Shown: piece after piece, positions 1 through 7,545 of the stretch
How the letters are laid out: the number at the start of each line of letters is the position of its first letter
How positions within the stretch are numbered: position 1 is the first letter of the stretch
Source of the DNA: an uncultured bacterium
Lineage (GTDB): Bacteria; Lernaellota; Lernaellaia; Lernaellales; Lernaellaceae
Direction: 5' to 3'
DNA length: 13,436 nucleotides
NCBI GenBank assembly: GCA_964534375.1
Contig: CAZHPN010000166.1
Location: 1-13,436, forward strand
Program-made: the position numbers and the translations under genes
Notes under the pieces: model-generated
Told to the model about the DNA's origin: nothing
The model's database searches: none
The model's input: only the letters and a program-made list of their open reading frames with translations

Positions 1-293
1 CGCCGGGCGTGGCCGGGGGAGAGGTCTGCGCCCGCCGAGAAAGGATCAGGCAAATCCGCTTTTCCAAGCGTCGCCGCTCTTTATCCTAAAGCCTATGCCG
101 ACACAGGGAGGGGCGGGAAATTTCGGGAACCGAAATTTCCGGGGAGAGGTCTGCACGATCAAGAACGAGCGAAATTCAGCCCTGCTTACGTCTTCGCGGG
201 TCTTAATCCAGCGCTGACGGGGATTGCGTTGGCACGCGCCGCCCAGCGGCAGTTGAACCCACTTCTCAAAGCAAGGTGCGGCCCGGCAACGGC

Positions 294-322
294 TTGCGAC
301 CCGGGGGAATCGGCGGCAAAAT
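294..322 (+). promoter_or_regulatory. Candidate sigma70-type promoter for the 365..3250 operon
   Basis: TTGCGA (294-299), 17-nt spacer, CAAAAT (317-322), about 40 nt upstream of the ATG at 365, which has a GAGGT Shine-Dalgarno sequence. Confidence 0.35.
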
Positions 323-364
323 GCGCCCGCTACGCTGTCCTCAACCTATCATTACGAGGTCGAC

Positions 365-1135
365 ATGCGAATTCTGCTTGTTTTTTTGAGCTTTGCGTTT
401 TTCCTGCTGTTCACGGCCTCGGCCCGCGCGCAAATGGCCAAGCCGCAGGTGGCCGATCGCGAAACCGGCCTGGACAAGGTGCAACTGCTCAAAAACGACC
501 AGGTGCTGTACAACATGCGCTGGAGCTACACGCGCGTGCAGGAGGGCGGCAAGACCTTCATCGTGTGCAAGACTGCCGGCGACAACGACAAGAAAGGCGC
601 CGAACGAATCGACTGGACCGAGGAATCGAAAATCGAAGAACTGCCCGACCGCTTCCGCACGGTGTTCTGGAAAAAGACCTCGACCGGCGCCGAGCAGATG
701 GATTGGGAACTTCGCTACCATTGGGACGCCGGCAACGCCGCGTACAGCTTCACCGACCGCGCGGCCGGCAAGAGCGAAAAGAAGACGTTTGCGATCGACA
801 AGAACACGTTTCCCGGCGACGCCGTGTACATCGTGCTGCGCGGCTTCCCGTTTGAAAAAGGCGCGGGGACGGTGGTCAACGCCAAGGTGCTGAACACCGA
901 CGGCACGCTCTCGGGCGGGCAAGTCATTCATCGCGGCGAGGAAAAACTGACCACGCCGATGGGCACGTTCGACACCTACAAACTCGAACTCAAGCCGACC
1001 GGCGCGCTCGGCCTGCTGCCGACGAAGCTCTTCATGTGGTTCACGAAGGACGCGCCGCACCGCGTGGTGCGCTTCGACGGTTTCGAGGGCCTCAGCCGCA
1101 CCAAGACGGTCGTCCACCAATACGAGGCGAAATAG
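365..1135 (+). CDS. Exported DUF3108-like protein (256 aa)
   Basis: Hydrophobic signal peptide ending in ARA-Q; SD gaggt; C-terminal GEEKLTTPMGTFDTYKLEL...MWFTKDAPHRVVRF resembles the DUF3108 pattern; GC-rich third codon positions. Confidence 0.7.
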   Translation: MRILLVFLSFAFFLLFTASARAQMAKPQVADRETGLDKVQLLKNDQVLYNMRWSYTRVQEGGKTFIVCKTAGDNDKKGAERIDWTEESKIEELPDRFRTVFWKKTSTGAEQMDWELRYHWDAGNAAYSFTDRAAGKSEKKTFAIDKNTFPGDAVYIVLRGFPFEKGAGTVVNAKVLNTDGTLSGGQVIHRGEEKLTTPMGTFDTYKLELKPTGALGLLPTKLFMWFTKDAPHRVVRFDGFEGLSRTKTVVHQYEAK

Positions 1136-1139
1136 CCGC

Positions 1140-2180
1140 ATGCGCTTCATCGACGAAACGACGATTACGGTCATCTCCGGCGACGGCGGCAACGGCTGCA
1201 TGTCGTTCCGGCGCGAGATGTATCGCCCGCGCGGCGGCCCCGACGGCGGCGACGGCGGCAAGGGCGGCGATGTCGTCTTCGTCGCCGACAACGCCAAGCA
1301 AACGCTCAACGACCTCGCCTACAAGCCGCTCTACCGCGCCAAGCGCGGCGTGCACGGCAAGGGCAGCGACCTGCACGGCCGCGCCGCGCCGGACCTGCGC
1401 GTCCACGTGCCCGCCGGCGTGATCGTCTACGACGCCGACACGGGCGAACAGCTCACCGACCTCGACCAGCCGGGCGTCGAGTGGATCGCCGCCAAAGGCG
1501 GACGCGGCGGCCGCGGCAACGCGCGGTTTCTGTCCAACGCCAACAAGGCCCCGACGCGCCACGATCCGGGCGAGGCGGGCCAGACGCGGCGGCTGCGGCT
1601 GGTGCTCAAGACCCTGGCGGACGTCGGCCTGGTCGGGTTTCCGTCGGCGGGCAAGTCGTCGTTGATCGGCGCGATTTCCGCGGCGCATCCGAAGGTCGCG
1701 TCGTATCCGTTCACGACCTTGAAGCCCAACCTCGGCGCCGTCGACCTCGACATCAATCGCCGCTTCATCGTCGCCGACATCCCCGGCATCATCGAGGGCG
1801 CGCACCATGGCGCCGGTTTGGGCCAGCGGTTCTTGAAGCACATCGAACGCACGCGCCTGCTGCTGCACATCCTCGACCTCGACCCGCAGACCGGCCGCGA
1901 TCCGATCGCCGATTTCGACAAGCTCAATATTGAACTCGCCGCCTTCAGCGAAGCGCTCGGCCGCCGGCCGCAGTTGATCGTCGCGAACAAGATCGACCTG
2001 CCCGACGCCGCCGAGAACCTCGCACGCGTGCGCGCCGAAATGGCGCAACGCGGCCTGACGTTCCTGCCGATCAGCGCCAAAGAGGGCCTGGGGATCGTCG
2101 AACTGCTCGCCGCGCTCGGCGCCGCGCTCGACGAAACGGGCCGGGCGGAAAAGGCGGCGGAGACCAAGGAGGAACCGTGA
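1140..2180 (+). CDS. obgE: GTPase ObgE/CgtA (346 aa, no C-terminal OCT domain)
   Basis: Gly-rich Obg fold (GDGGNGCMSFRRE..PRGGPDGGDGGKGG); G1 GFPSAGKS, G2 YPFTT, G3 DIPG, G4 NKID, G5 ISA. Confidence 0.98.
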   Translation: MRFIDETTITVISGDGGNGCMSFRREMYRPRGGPDGGDGGKGGDVVFVADNAKQTLNDLAYKPLYRAKRGVHGKGSDLHGRAAPDLRVHVPAGVIVYDADTGEQLTDLDQPGVEWIAAKGGRGGRGNARFLSNANKAPTRHDPGEAGQTRRLRLVLKTLADVGLVGFPSAGKSSLIGAISAAHPKVASYPFTTLKPNLGAVDLDINRRFIVADIPGIIEGAHHGAGLGQRFLKHIERTRLLLHILDLDPQTGRDPIADFDKLNIELAAFSEALGRRPQLIVANKIDLPDAAENLARVRAEMAQRGLTFLPISAKEGLGIVELLAALGAALDETGRAEKAAETKEEP

Positions 2181-3250
2181 ACTATGCCGTCATGATGGCC
2201 GGCGGGGCCGGCACGCGCTTCTGGCCGCTCAGCCGGCAGACGTTGCCCAAACAACTGCTGCCCATCGGCGACGACCAAACGTTGCTCGCGCGCGCGATCG
2301 GCCGCGTCGCGCCGCTCGCGCCGGCCGCCCGCGTGCTGATCGTCACCGGCGAGGCCATCGCCGCGCCGATCGCCGCCGCGTTCCCCGAGGTGCCGGCGGC
2401 CAATATCATCGCCGAGCCGCTGCGCCGCAACACCGCGCCGTGCGCCGCCGTCGCGGCGAAGATCCTGCTGGACCGCGACCCCGACGCGGTCATGGCGCTG
2501 CTGCCTGCCGATCACGTCATTCGCAAAGAAGACGAACTGCGTACGCTGCTGGCCGCAGCGTTCGCGGTCGCCGCGCGCTCCGACGAATTGCTCACGCTCG
2601 GCGTCAAACCGCAGTATCCGGAAACCGGCTACGGTTACATCGAAACCGGCGACCCCTTGGACGAGGAAAACAGCCGGCCGTATTTCCGCGTCGCCGCCTT
2701 TCACGAGAAACCCGACGCCGCGACCGCGCAGCATTTTCTCGACAGCGGCCGGTTCCTGTGGAACGCGGGCATCTTCGTGTTTCGCGCGTCGGTGTTCTTG
2801 CGCGCGGTGGCGGCGGCGATGCCGGATCTCGCGGCGGCCGTCGCCGAAATCGACGGCTGCGCGCCGCCGGAAAAAATCGGCGCGGCGCTGGCGCGACTGT
2901 ATCCGGCGCTCGCGCCGACTAGCATCGACCACGGCGTGATGGAAAAGGTGAGAAACATTTTGGTCTTTCCCGCCGATATCGGCTGGAGCGACGTCGGCTC
3001 GTGGACCGCGTTGCGCGAACTGCACCCGGCCGACCCGCACGGCAACGTCGGCCAAGGCGACTTCCTCGCGCTCGACGGCGGCGAGAACACGTTCTATGCG
3101 CAGGGCGGCGTGGCGGTCGCGGTCGGCGTCGAGGGGCTGATCATCGTGCATACGCCCGACGCGACGCTCGTCGCGCGGCGCGACGACGCGCAGGGCGTGA
3201 AGCGCGTGTTCGAAGAGTTCGAACGACGGGGATGGAAGAAATACTTGTGA
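2177..3250 (+). CDS. manC: Mannose-1-phosphate guanylyltransferase (monofunctional, no C-terminal cupin PMI domain)
   Basis: Motifs MAGGAGTRFWPLSR..PKQ, EPLRRNTAP, PADH, ETGYGYI, FHEKPD, WNAGIF, SIDHGVME, WSDVGSW; GTG start overlaps the obgE stop (GTGA). Confidence 0.92.
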   Translation: MNYAVMMAGGAGTRFWPLSRQTLPKQLLPIGDDQTLLARAIGRVAPLAPAARVLIVTGEAIAAPIAAAFPEVPAANIIAEPLRRNTAPCAAVAAKILLDRDPDAVMALLPADHVIRKEDELRTLLAAAFAVAARSDELLTLGVKPQYPETGYGYIETGDPLDEENSRPYFRVAAFHEKPDAATAQHFLDSGRFLWNAGIFVFRASVFLRAVAAAMPDLAAAVAEIDGCAPPEKIGAALARLYPALAPTSIDHGVMEKVRNILVFPADIGWSDVGSWTALRELHPADPHGNVGQGDFLALDGGENTFYAQGGVAVAVGVEGLIIVHTPDATLVARRDDAQGVKRVFEEFERRGWKKYL

Positions 3251-3262
3251 TGTTTTTGGTTA

Positions 3263-3290
3263 ACCGCAGATTACGCCGATTTGCGCAGAT
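3263..3290 (+). repeat. Left inverted repeat, three degenerate CGCAGATT-type units
   Basis: accgcagattacgccgatttgcgcagat; matches the reverse complement of 3845-3872 at 25/28 positions. Confidence 0.9.
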
Positions 3291-3295
3291 CTGCG

Positions 3296-3332
3296 CGCGC
3301 CAAATGTCGTCGCGGCGCCGACGTTTGGCGCG
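3296..3332. repeat. 14-bp stem-loop upstream of the GxxExxY gene
   Basis: cgcgccaaatgtcg (3296-3309) pairs with cgacgtttggcgcg (3319-3332), one G-U pair. Confidence 0.75.
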
Positions 3333-3346
3333 GACAGCGTGATTTC

Positions 3347-3748
3347 GTGACAGCGCCGAACGAAAGAGATCCGCGTACGTACGCGATCATCGGCGCCGCG
3401 ATGGAGGTTCATAGGCGGTTGGGTCGTGGATTTTTGGAGGCCGTTTACCAGGCTGCCTTGGCGCGAGAACTGACAGCGCGGGGGATTCCCTTTCGTCGCG
3501 AAGTGGAACTCCCTGTTTTTTATCGCGGAGAGCCTTTGGAGGCGAAATACCGGGTCGATTTTATTTGCTATGATGACGTGATTGTCGAACTCAAGGCCAG
3601 CGCGAGCGTCACAGCCGCCGATGAGGCGCAGCTTATCAACTACTTGCGGGCTGGCAGCAAAACGGTCGGGTTGCTTCTTCATTTTGGCGGCCCAAGTCTT
3701 GAACATCGCAGATATGCGTTCACGCCGTCGTCGCCGCCGGCGTTTTGA
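3347..3748 (+). CDS. GxxExxY protein (PD-(D/E)XK nuclease superfamily), about 133 aa
   Basis: IIGAAMEVHRRLGRGFLEAVY (GxxExxY), YRVDFICYDDVIVELKA (D..ExK), AQLINYL, GLLLHFG; GTG at 3347 chosen over the ORF-track start at 3281, which lies inside the repeat. Confidence 0.93.
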   Translation: MTAPNERDPRTYAIIGAAMEVHRRLGRGFLEAVYQAALARELTARGIPFRREVELPVFYRGEPLEAKYRVDFICYDDVIVELKASASVTAADEAQLINYLRAGSKTVGLLLHFGGPSLEHRRYAFTPSSPPAF

Positions 3749-3789
3749 CGCAAAGGAAAGGCCGATGTTGCCCGCAGTTTCGCAGAGAT

Positions 3790-3839
3790 GCCCGGATCGG
3801 CCGAGTTGCGCGCAATCGCGCAACTCGGCCGATCCGGGC
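3790..3839. repeat. Perfect 23-bp hairpin with a 4-nt loop (CAAT)
   Basis: gcccggatcggccgagttgcgcg / cgcgcaactcggccgatccgggc are exact reverse complements; no U-tract directly after it. Confidence 0.95.
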
Positions 3840-3844
3840 GAATT

Positions 3845-3872
3845 ATCTGCGGTAATCTGCGTAATCTGCGGT
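3845..3872 (-). repeat. Right inverted repeat of the GxxExxY element
   Basis: atctgcggtaatctgcgtaatctgcggt, followed by an A-run up to the namZ ATG. Confidence 0.9.
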
Positions 3873-3880
3873 AAAAAAAA

Positions 3881-5005
3881 ATGACCACCACGACAGTGCA
3901 ACCTGGCTGCATCGAGTTGCTCGACCGCGCGGCGGAACTGCTCGGCGGCGCGCGCGTCGGCCTGCTCGCGCACCAGGCCTCGATCCTGCCCGACCTGTCC
4001 TATTTGCCCGATCGCCTGCTCGATCATCCGGCCGTGCGGCTCGTCGCGCTGTTCGGTCCGGAGCACGGCCTCGCCGGCGCGGCGCAGGATCAGGTGGGCG
4101 TCGGCCGCTCCGTTTACCGCGGCGCGCCCGTCTGCTCGCTCTACGGCAAAACCGAGGCCGATCTGCAGCCGACGCCGGAGTCGCTTGCCGGCATCGACAC
4201 GCTGGTTGTCGATCTGCAAGACGTCGGCGCGCGCTATTACACCTTCATCTACACGATGGCCTATTGCCTCGAGGCCTGCGCGGCGGCGGGCAAGCGCGTC
4301 ATCGTGTGCGATCGGCCGAATCCGCTCAACGGCGTCGCCGTCGAAGGGCCCGTGCTCGAGCCGGCGTTCGCGTCGTTCGTCGGCCGTTTTCCGCTGCCGG
4401 TGCGGCACGGCAAAACCATCGGCGAACTAGCCCGGCAATGGAACCGCGAGCAGGGCTGGAACGCCGAGCTGCTCGTGCTGCCGTGCTCCGGCTGGGATCG
4501 CCGGATGTGGTTCGACGAAACCGGCCTGCCGTGGGCGCCGCCCAGCCCGAACATGCCGACGCTCGACACGGCGACCGTGTACCCCGGCGGCTGCCTGGTC
4601 GAAGGAACGAATTTGTCGGAAGGCCGCGGCACGACGCGCCCGTTCGAAATCGCCGGCGCGCCGTGGCTCGACGGCCGCGCGCTCGCCGCCGAACTCAACG
4701 CCCTCGCCCTGCCCGGCGTACATTTCCGGCCGATTTCGTTCGTGCCGACGTTTCACAAATTCGCGGCCCGGACCTGCGAAGGCGTATTCGTGCACGTCGT
4801 CGACCGCGACGCCTTCCGCCCGTTCGACGCCTACCTGCATCTGATCGCCGCCGCCCGCCGCCAGAGCCGCCGCGACTTCGCCTGGCGCACCGAGCCCTAC
4901 GAATTCGTCAGCGATCGGCTGGCGTTCGATCTCCTCTGCGGCACGGATCGCATTCGGCGGGAAATCGAAGCCGCAACGGCGTTCAAGAATGATTTGTCGG
5001 ATTGA
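3881..5005 (+). CDS. namZ: Exo-beta-N-acetylmuramidase NamZ family (DUF1343), no signal peptide, C-terminus appears short
   Basis: Motifs LFGPEHG, SLYG, DLQDVGARYYTFIYTM, DRPNPLNG, LPVRHGKTIGELA, PSPNMPT, EGTNLSEGRGTTRPFE.GAPW. Confidence 0.92.
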   Translation: MTTTTVQPGCIELLDRAAELLGGARVGLLAHQASILPDLSYLPDRLLDHPAVRLVALFGPEHGLAGAAQDQVGVGRSVYRGAPVCSLYGKTEADLQPTPESLAGIDTLVVDLQDVGARYYTFIYTMAYCLEACAAAGKRVIVCDRPNPLNGVAVEGPVLEPAFASFVGRFPLPVRHGKTIGELARQWNREQGWNAELLVLPCSGWDRRMWFDETGLPWAPPSPNMPTLDTATVYPGGCLVEGTNLSEGRGTTRPFEIAGAPWLDGRALAAELNALALPGVHFRPISFVPTFHKFAARTCEGVFVHVVDRDAFRPFDAYLHLIAAARRQSRRDFAWRTEPYEFVSDRLAFDLLCGTDRIRREIEAATAFKNDLSD

Positions 5006-5096
5006 CAAAACCTGGGGGGGCGGATTACAAGGAATTGTTATTGACTACAGAAAATGCGGACAAGACTGAGACGACATAAAATCAGGCGTCCCTCGT

Positions 5097-5123
5097 GTTG
5101 GGACAGGTCTCCGTGCCTGCCCC
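5097..5123 (+). repeat. REP-like imperfect palindrome
   Basis: gttgggacaggtctccgtgcctgcccc; stem gggacagg/cctgcccc; 20/27 identical to the reverse complement of 10321-10347. Confidence 0.6.
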
Positions 5124-5183
5124 ACGTTTTCGCATCCGCGCCGATTGGCGCGGCGGCCCGGCGCGGCGGCATGGAATGACCGG

Positions 5184-5210
5184 GGCGGGTGGGGACACCC
5201 GCGCTCCCAG
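5184..5210 (-). repeat. Second REP-like palindrome of a different class
   Basis: Minus strand reads ctgggagcgcgggtgtccccacccgcc; stem gcgggtg/cacccgc with a 5' TGGGA leader. Confidence 0.5.
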
Positions 5211-5251
5211 GGGTCCGCGGTCGGTCGACCGCGGCGGCTCCGCGTGAGGCT

Positions 5252-5276
5252 CGTTTGACTTGCCGCTGTTTTGCTC
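5252..5276 (+). repeat. 25-bp exact direct repeat, left copy
   Basis: cgtttgacttgccgctgttttgctc, identical to 7665-7689. Confidence 0.97.
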
Positions 5277-5315
5277 TTCTGCGGCAAATGAGTATTGCGC
5301 CCGCGGAATTCGCCG

Positions 5316-7463
5316 TCACGGCCCCGAAAAATGCAGAATCTCGGCGTATTCACCCACGGCGAACACGTCGTTGGGCGCCGTTCCCGCAACGGCGTAGAGC
5401 GGCATGTCGCCGCTATTGGCGATCGATGACCACGTTGACCCGTCGTAGTGCAAGATCAAGCTGGGCTCGTTGAAACCGGCCACCGTGCCCACGGCAAACA
5501 CGTCTGTCGGCGAATCGCCCCAAATCGCGTACAAAACTGTCGGATTCGGCCCCGGGTTCCACTCTTCCGTCCACGCATTTCCGTCGTAGTGAACGATCGT
5601 CGAATATTCGGGATACGCGGCCGTCGCCGCGTAAACGTCCGACGATGAAAAGCCCCAAAGGCTCAAGATATATGCGCCTGGCGCGACGGTCGTCGTCGAC
5701 CAGCTCGACCCGTCCCAGCGCCAAACCGCCTCGTACGCGCCCGCGAAGATGTCCGATGGCGAACTGCCCCAAAGAGCTTGGAAAATCGACCCGTCAGGCG
5801 CGATGGCGGACCAGGTGGAGCCGTCATAGTGCAACAGACCGCCATTGGGGGCGTACCCGGTTGCGTACACATCCGACGCGGAAAATCCCCATACTGCAAA
5901 CAGCGCCTGTGTCGCGGGCGTGCTCATCGTTTCCCACTGTTCGCCGTCATAGTGATAGATCGCGCCTGGACCCGGGTTCGGGACTATGAACACCCCGCCG
6001 ACGGCGAACACATCCGACGGCGAATCGCCCCAAATGGCGTTCAGTGGCGCCGTTTCCCGGATGCCGGTCGCCGTCAGCGACCATGAAGAGCCGTCGTAAT
6101 GGGAAATGGCGCCGGGGCCGTAATCCTCGCCCGCGGCCACGGCGAAAACGTCGGAAGGCGACGCGGCCCATACGCCGTGCAAGCCGCACAAGGCGAAAGT
6201 CGTGATCTCGCTGGAAATCGTCGACCACGTTGCCCCATCATAATGATTGATCACCCCCGGCGCGCCCACCGCGAAAACATCGGAAGGCGAACTTCCCCAG
6301 ATACGGTTGAGCCCGCCGTCCATCGGCTGGCCGGCCCAAACCACGGACCACGCCGTTCCATCGTAGTGCACGATCGTCTGGCCGCCCTCGCCCGGGTTCC
6401 AATTGTTTGCCGCGACGAACACGTCGGACGATGAGCTTCCCCAAATGCCGCTGAGCGCGTATCCCGCGAAACTGGCCGTTTGCGCCCACGAAGAGCCGTC
6501 AAAGTGCGAAATCATCGAAACGCCCGGGGCGGGACGATAGGAGAACGAAAGGGCAAAAACATCCGCGGGCGACGCGCCCCAAATGTCCTCGACAGTGGTG
6601 CTGGACGCTTGCCCGCTGATCATCGGCGACCACGATTTCCCGTCATAGTGATAGATCGCCCCCTGGTCGCCGCCGGCGAAAACGTCGGCGGACGACGCGC
6701 CCCAAATCGAGTAAAGGTTTGCGCCCTGCCACATCGCCTTCCATGAGGTTCCGTTGTAATGGACAATGTTGTTCATGCCCAAGCCGACGGCGAATACGTC
6801 CGTGGCCGAGGCGCCCCAAACGCCGTACAAATCGTCGGTGGCGGGGCTTGCCATCGGCGCCCATGACGACCCGTCATAATGAAATATCACGCCGGAGACG
6901 GAGTCGGCCGCGAAATCCAAAAGCGTCCCGACGACAAACACGTCCGCGGGCGAACTTCCCCAGACCCCGTACAGGGTCGCGACCGTCCCGCTCGCCATCG
7001 CCGTCCACGCGGAACCGTTGAAATGCAAAACCGTGCCGATGTCGCCCACGGCAAAAACGTCCGCCGGCGAATCGCTCCAGACGGCCTTCAGGTAGTTGCC
7101 CAGCGGCAAGGGATTTTGCCAGCACCACCCGGTCGGGCTGCAACCGGCGCTGATGTCGTCGTCGTTGTCGTCGTCGTCATTGTTGTCGTTGTCATTGTCG
7201 TTGTCATTATCGTCGTTGTCGTCATCATTATCGTCGTTGTCGTTGTCATCGTCATTATCGTCGTTGTCGTCATCGTCGCCGGTCGGCGAAGAGTCGTCAT
7301 CCCCGGCGGGCGATTGATCGTCATTGTCGTCATCGTCGATCGGCGGCGCCGGCGTATTGTCGATCGTCCGTTTCGCCCGGCTGCCGGCGCCGCCGCAGGC
7401 CGCCGCCGCCGCGAGGATCACGGTCAACAAAAGAGCAGCAACCAACAGCCGAAAACCTTTCAT
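5316..7463 (-). CDS. Lipoprotein with an Asp/Asn-rich linker and 14 WGxSxxDVFAVG...HYDGxxW repeats (probable tandem beta-propellers)
   Basis: MKGFRLLVAALLLTVILAAAAA-C lipobox-like signal; long D/N tract; 14 repeats of about 40-50 aa counted by eye; ATG at 7463 is preceded by GGGGGCGGTG (alternative start 7475). Confidence 0.85.
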   Translation of the reverse strand: MKGFRLLVAALLLTVILAAAAACGGAGSRAKRTIDNTPAPPIDDDDNDDQSPAGDDDSSPTGDDDDNDDNDDDNDNDDNDDDNDDNDNDNDNDNNDDDDNDDDISAGCSPTGWCWQNPLPLGNYLKAVWSDSPADVFAVGDIGTVLHFNGSAWTAMASGTVATLYGVWGSSPADVFVVGTLLDFAADSVSGVIFHYDGSSWAPMASPATDDLYGVWGASATDVFAVGLGMNNIVHYNGTSWKAMWQGANLYSIWGASSADVFAGGDQGAIYHYDGKSWSPMISGQASSTTVEDIWGASPADVFALSFSYRPAPGVSMISHFDGSSWAQTASFAGYALSGIWGSSSSDVFVAANNWNPGEGGQTIVHYDGTAWSVVWAGQPMDGGLNRIWGSSPSDVFAVGAPGVINHYDGATWSTISSEITTFALCGLHGVWAASPSDVFAVAAGEDYGPGAISHYDGSSWSLTATGIRETAPLNAIWGDSPSDVFAVGGVFIVPNPGPGAIYHYDGEQWETMSTPATQALFAVWGFSASDVYATGYAPNGGLLHYDGSTWSAIAPDGSIFQALWGSSPSDIFAGAYEAVWRWDGSSWSTTTVAPGAYILSLWGFSSSDVYAATAAYPEYSTIVHYDGNAWTEEWNPGPNPTVLYAIWGDSPTDVFAVGTVAGFNEPSLILHYDGSTWSSIANSGDMPLYAVAGTAPNDVFAVGEYAEILHFSGP
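7155..7339 (-). repeat. Imperfect GAY/AAY triplet repeat encoding the poly-Asp/Asn linker
   Basis: Runs of tcg/ttg/tca triplets on the + strand; protein DDDDNDDQSPAGDDDSSPTGDDDDNDDNDDDNDNDD... Confidence 0.9.
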
Positions 7464-7545
7464 CACCGCCCCCATTCGCGCCGGGCAACCCGCGCGGGCA
7501 TGTCAAATGCGCCGTCGCCGCAAGTCCATTTCGCTCTGTTGTTTC

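Larger units (their letters stand above)
3253..3880. mobile_element. Putative inserted element carrying the GxxExxY gene, with 28-bp terminal inverted repeats
   Basis: IR 3263-3290 vs 3845-3872 (25/28 complementary); flanked by ATG at 3250-3252 and 3881-3883; visibly lower GC and different codon usage than neighbouring genes. Confidence 0.6.

Noticed and set aside
13..160. Tandem glycine or c-di-GMP riboswitch suggested by the duplicated GGAGAG and a GGCAAA motif
   Set aside because: Other core motifs (GCCGAAG and CTCTCAGG for glycine; GACGCAAAG for c-di-GMP-I) are absent
229..245. Possible sigma54 promoter (TTGGCACG)
   Set aside because: No TTGC -12 element at the required spacing
2177..3250. 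MurU-type MurNAc-1-P uridylyltransferase, suggested by proximity to namZ
   Set aside because: Length and motifs (EPxxRNTAP, PADH, GYGYI, WSDVGSW) are those of mannose-1-P guanylyltransferases
3281..3346. N-terminal extension of the GxxExxY ORF from TTG 3281
   Set aside because: Lies within the inverted repeat and hairpin; the family-like sequence starts near 3347
5316..7140. Diversity-generating retroelement target
   Set aside because: No reverse transcriptase in the window and no near-identical template/variable repeat pair differing at adenines was seen
7501..7506. Minus-strand TTGACA upstream of the propeller gene
   Set aside because: No plausible -10 box at 16-18 nt spacing
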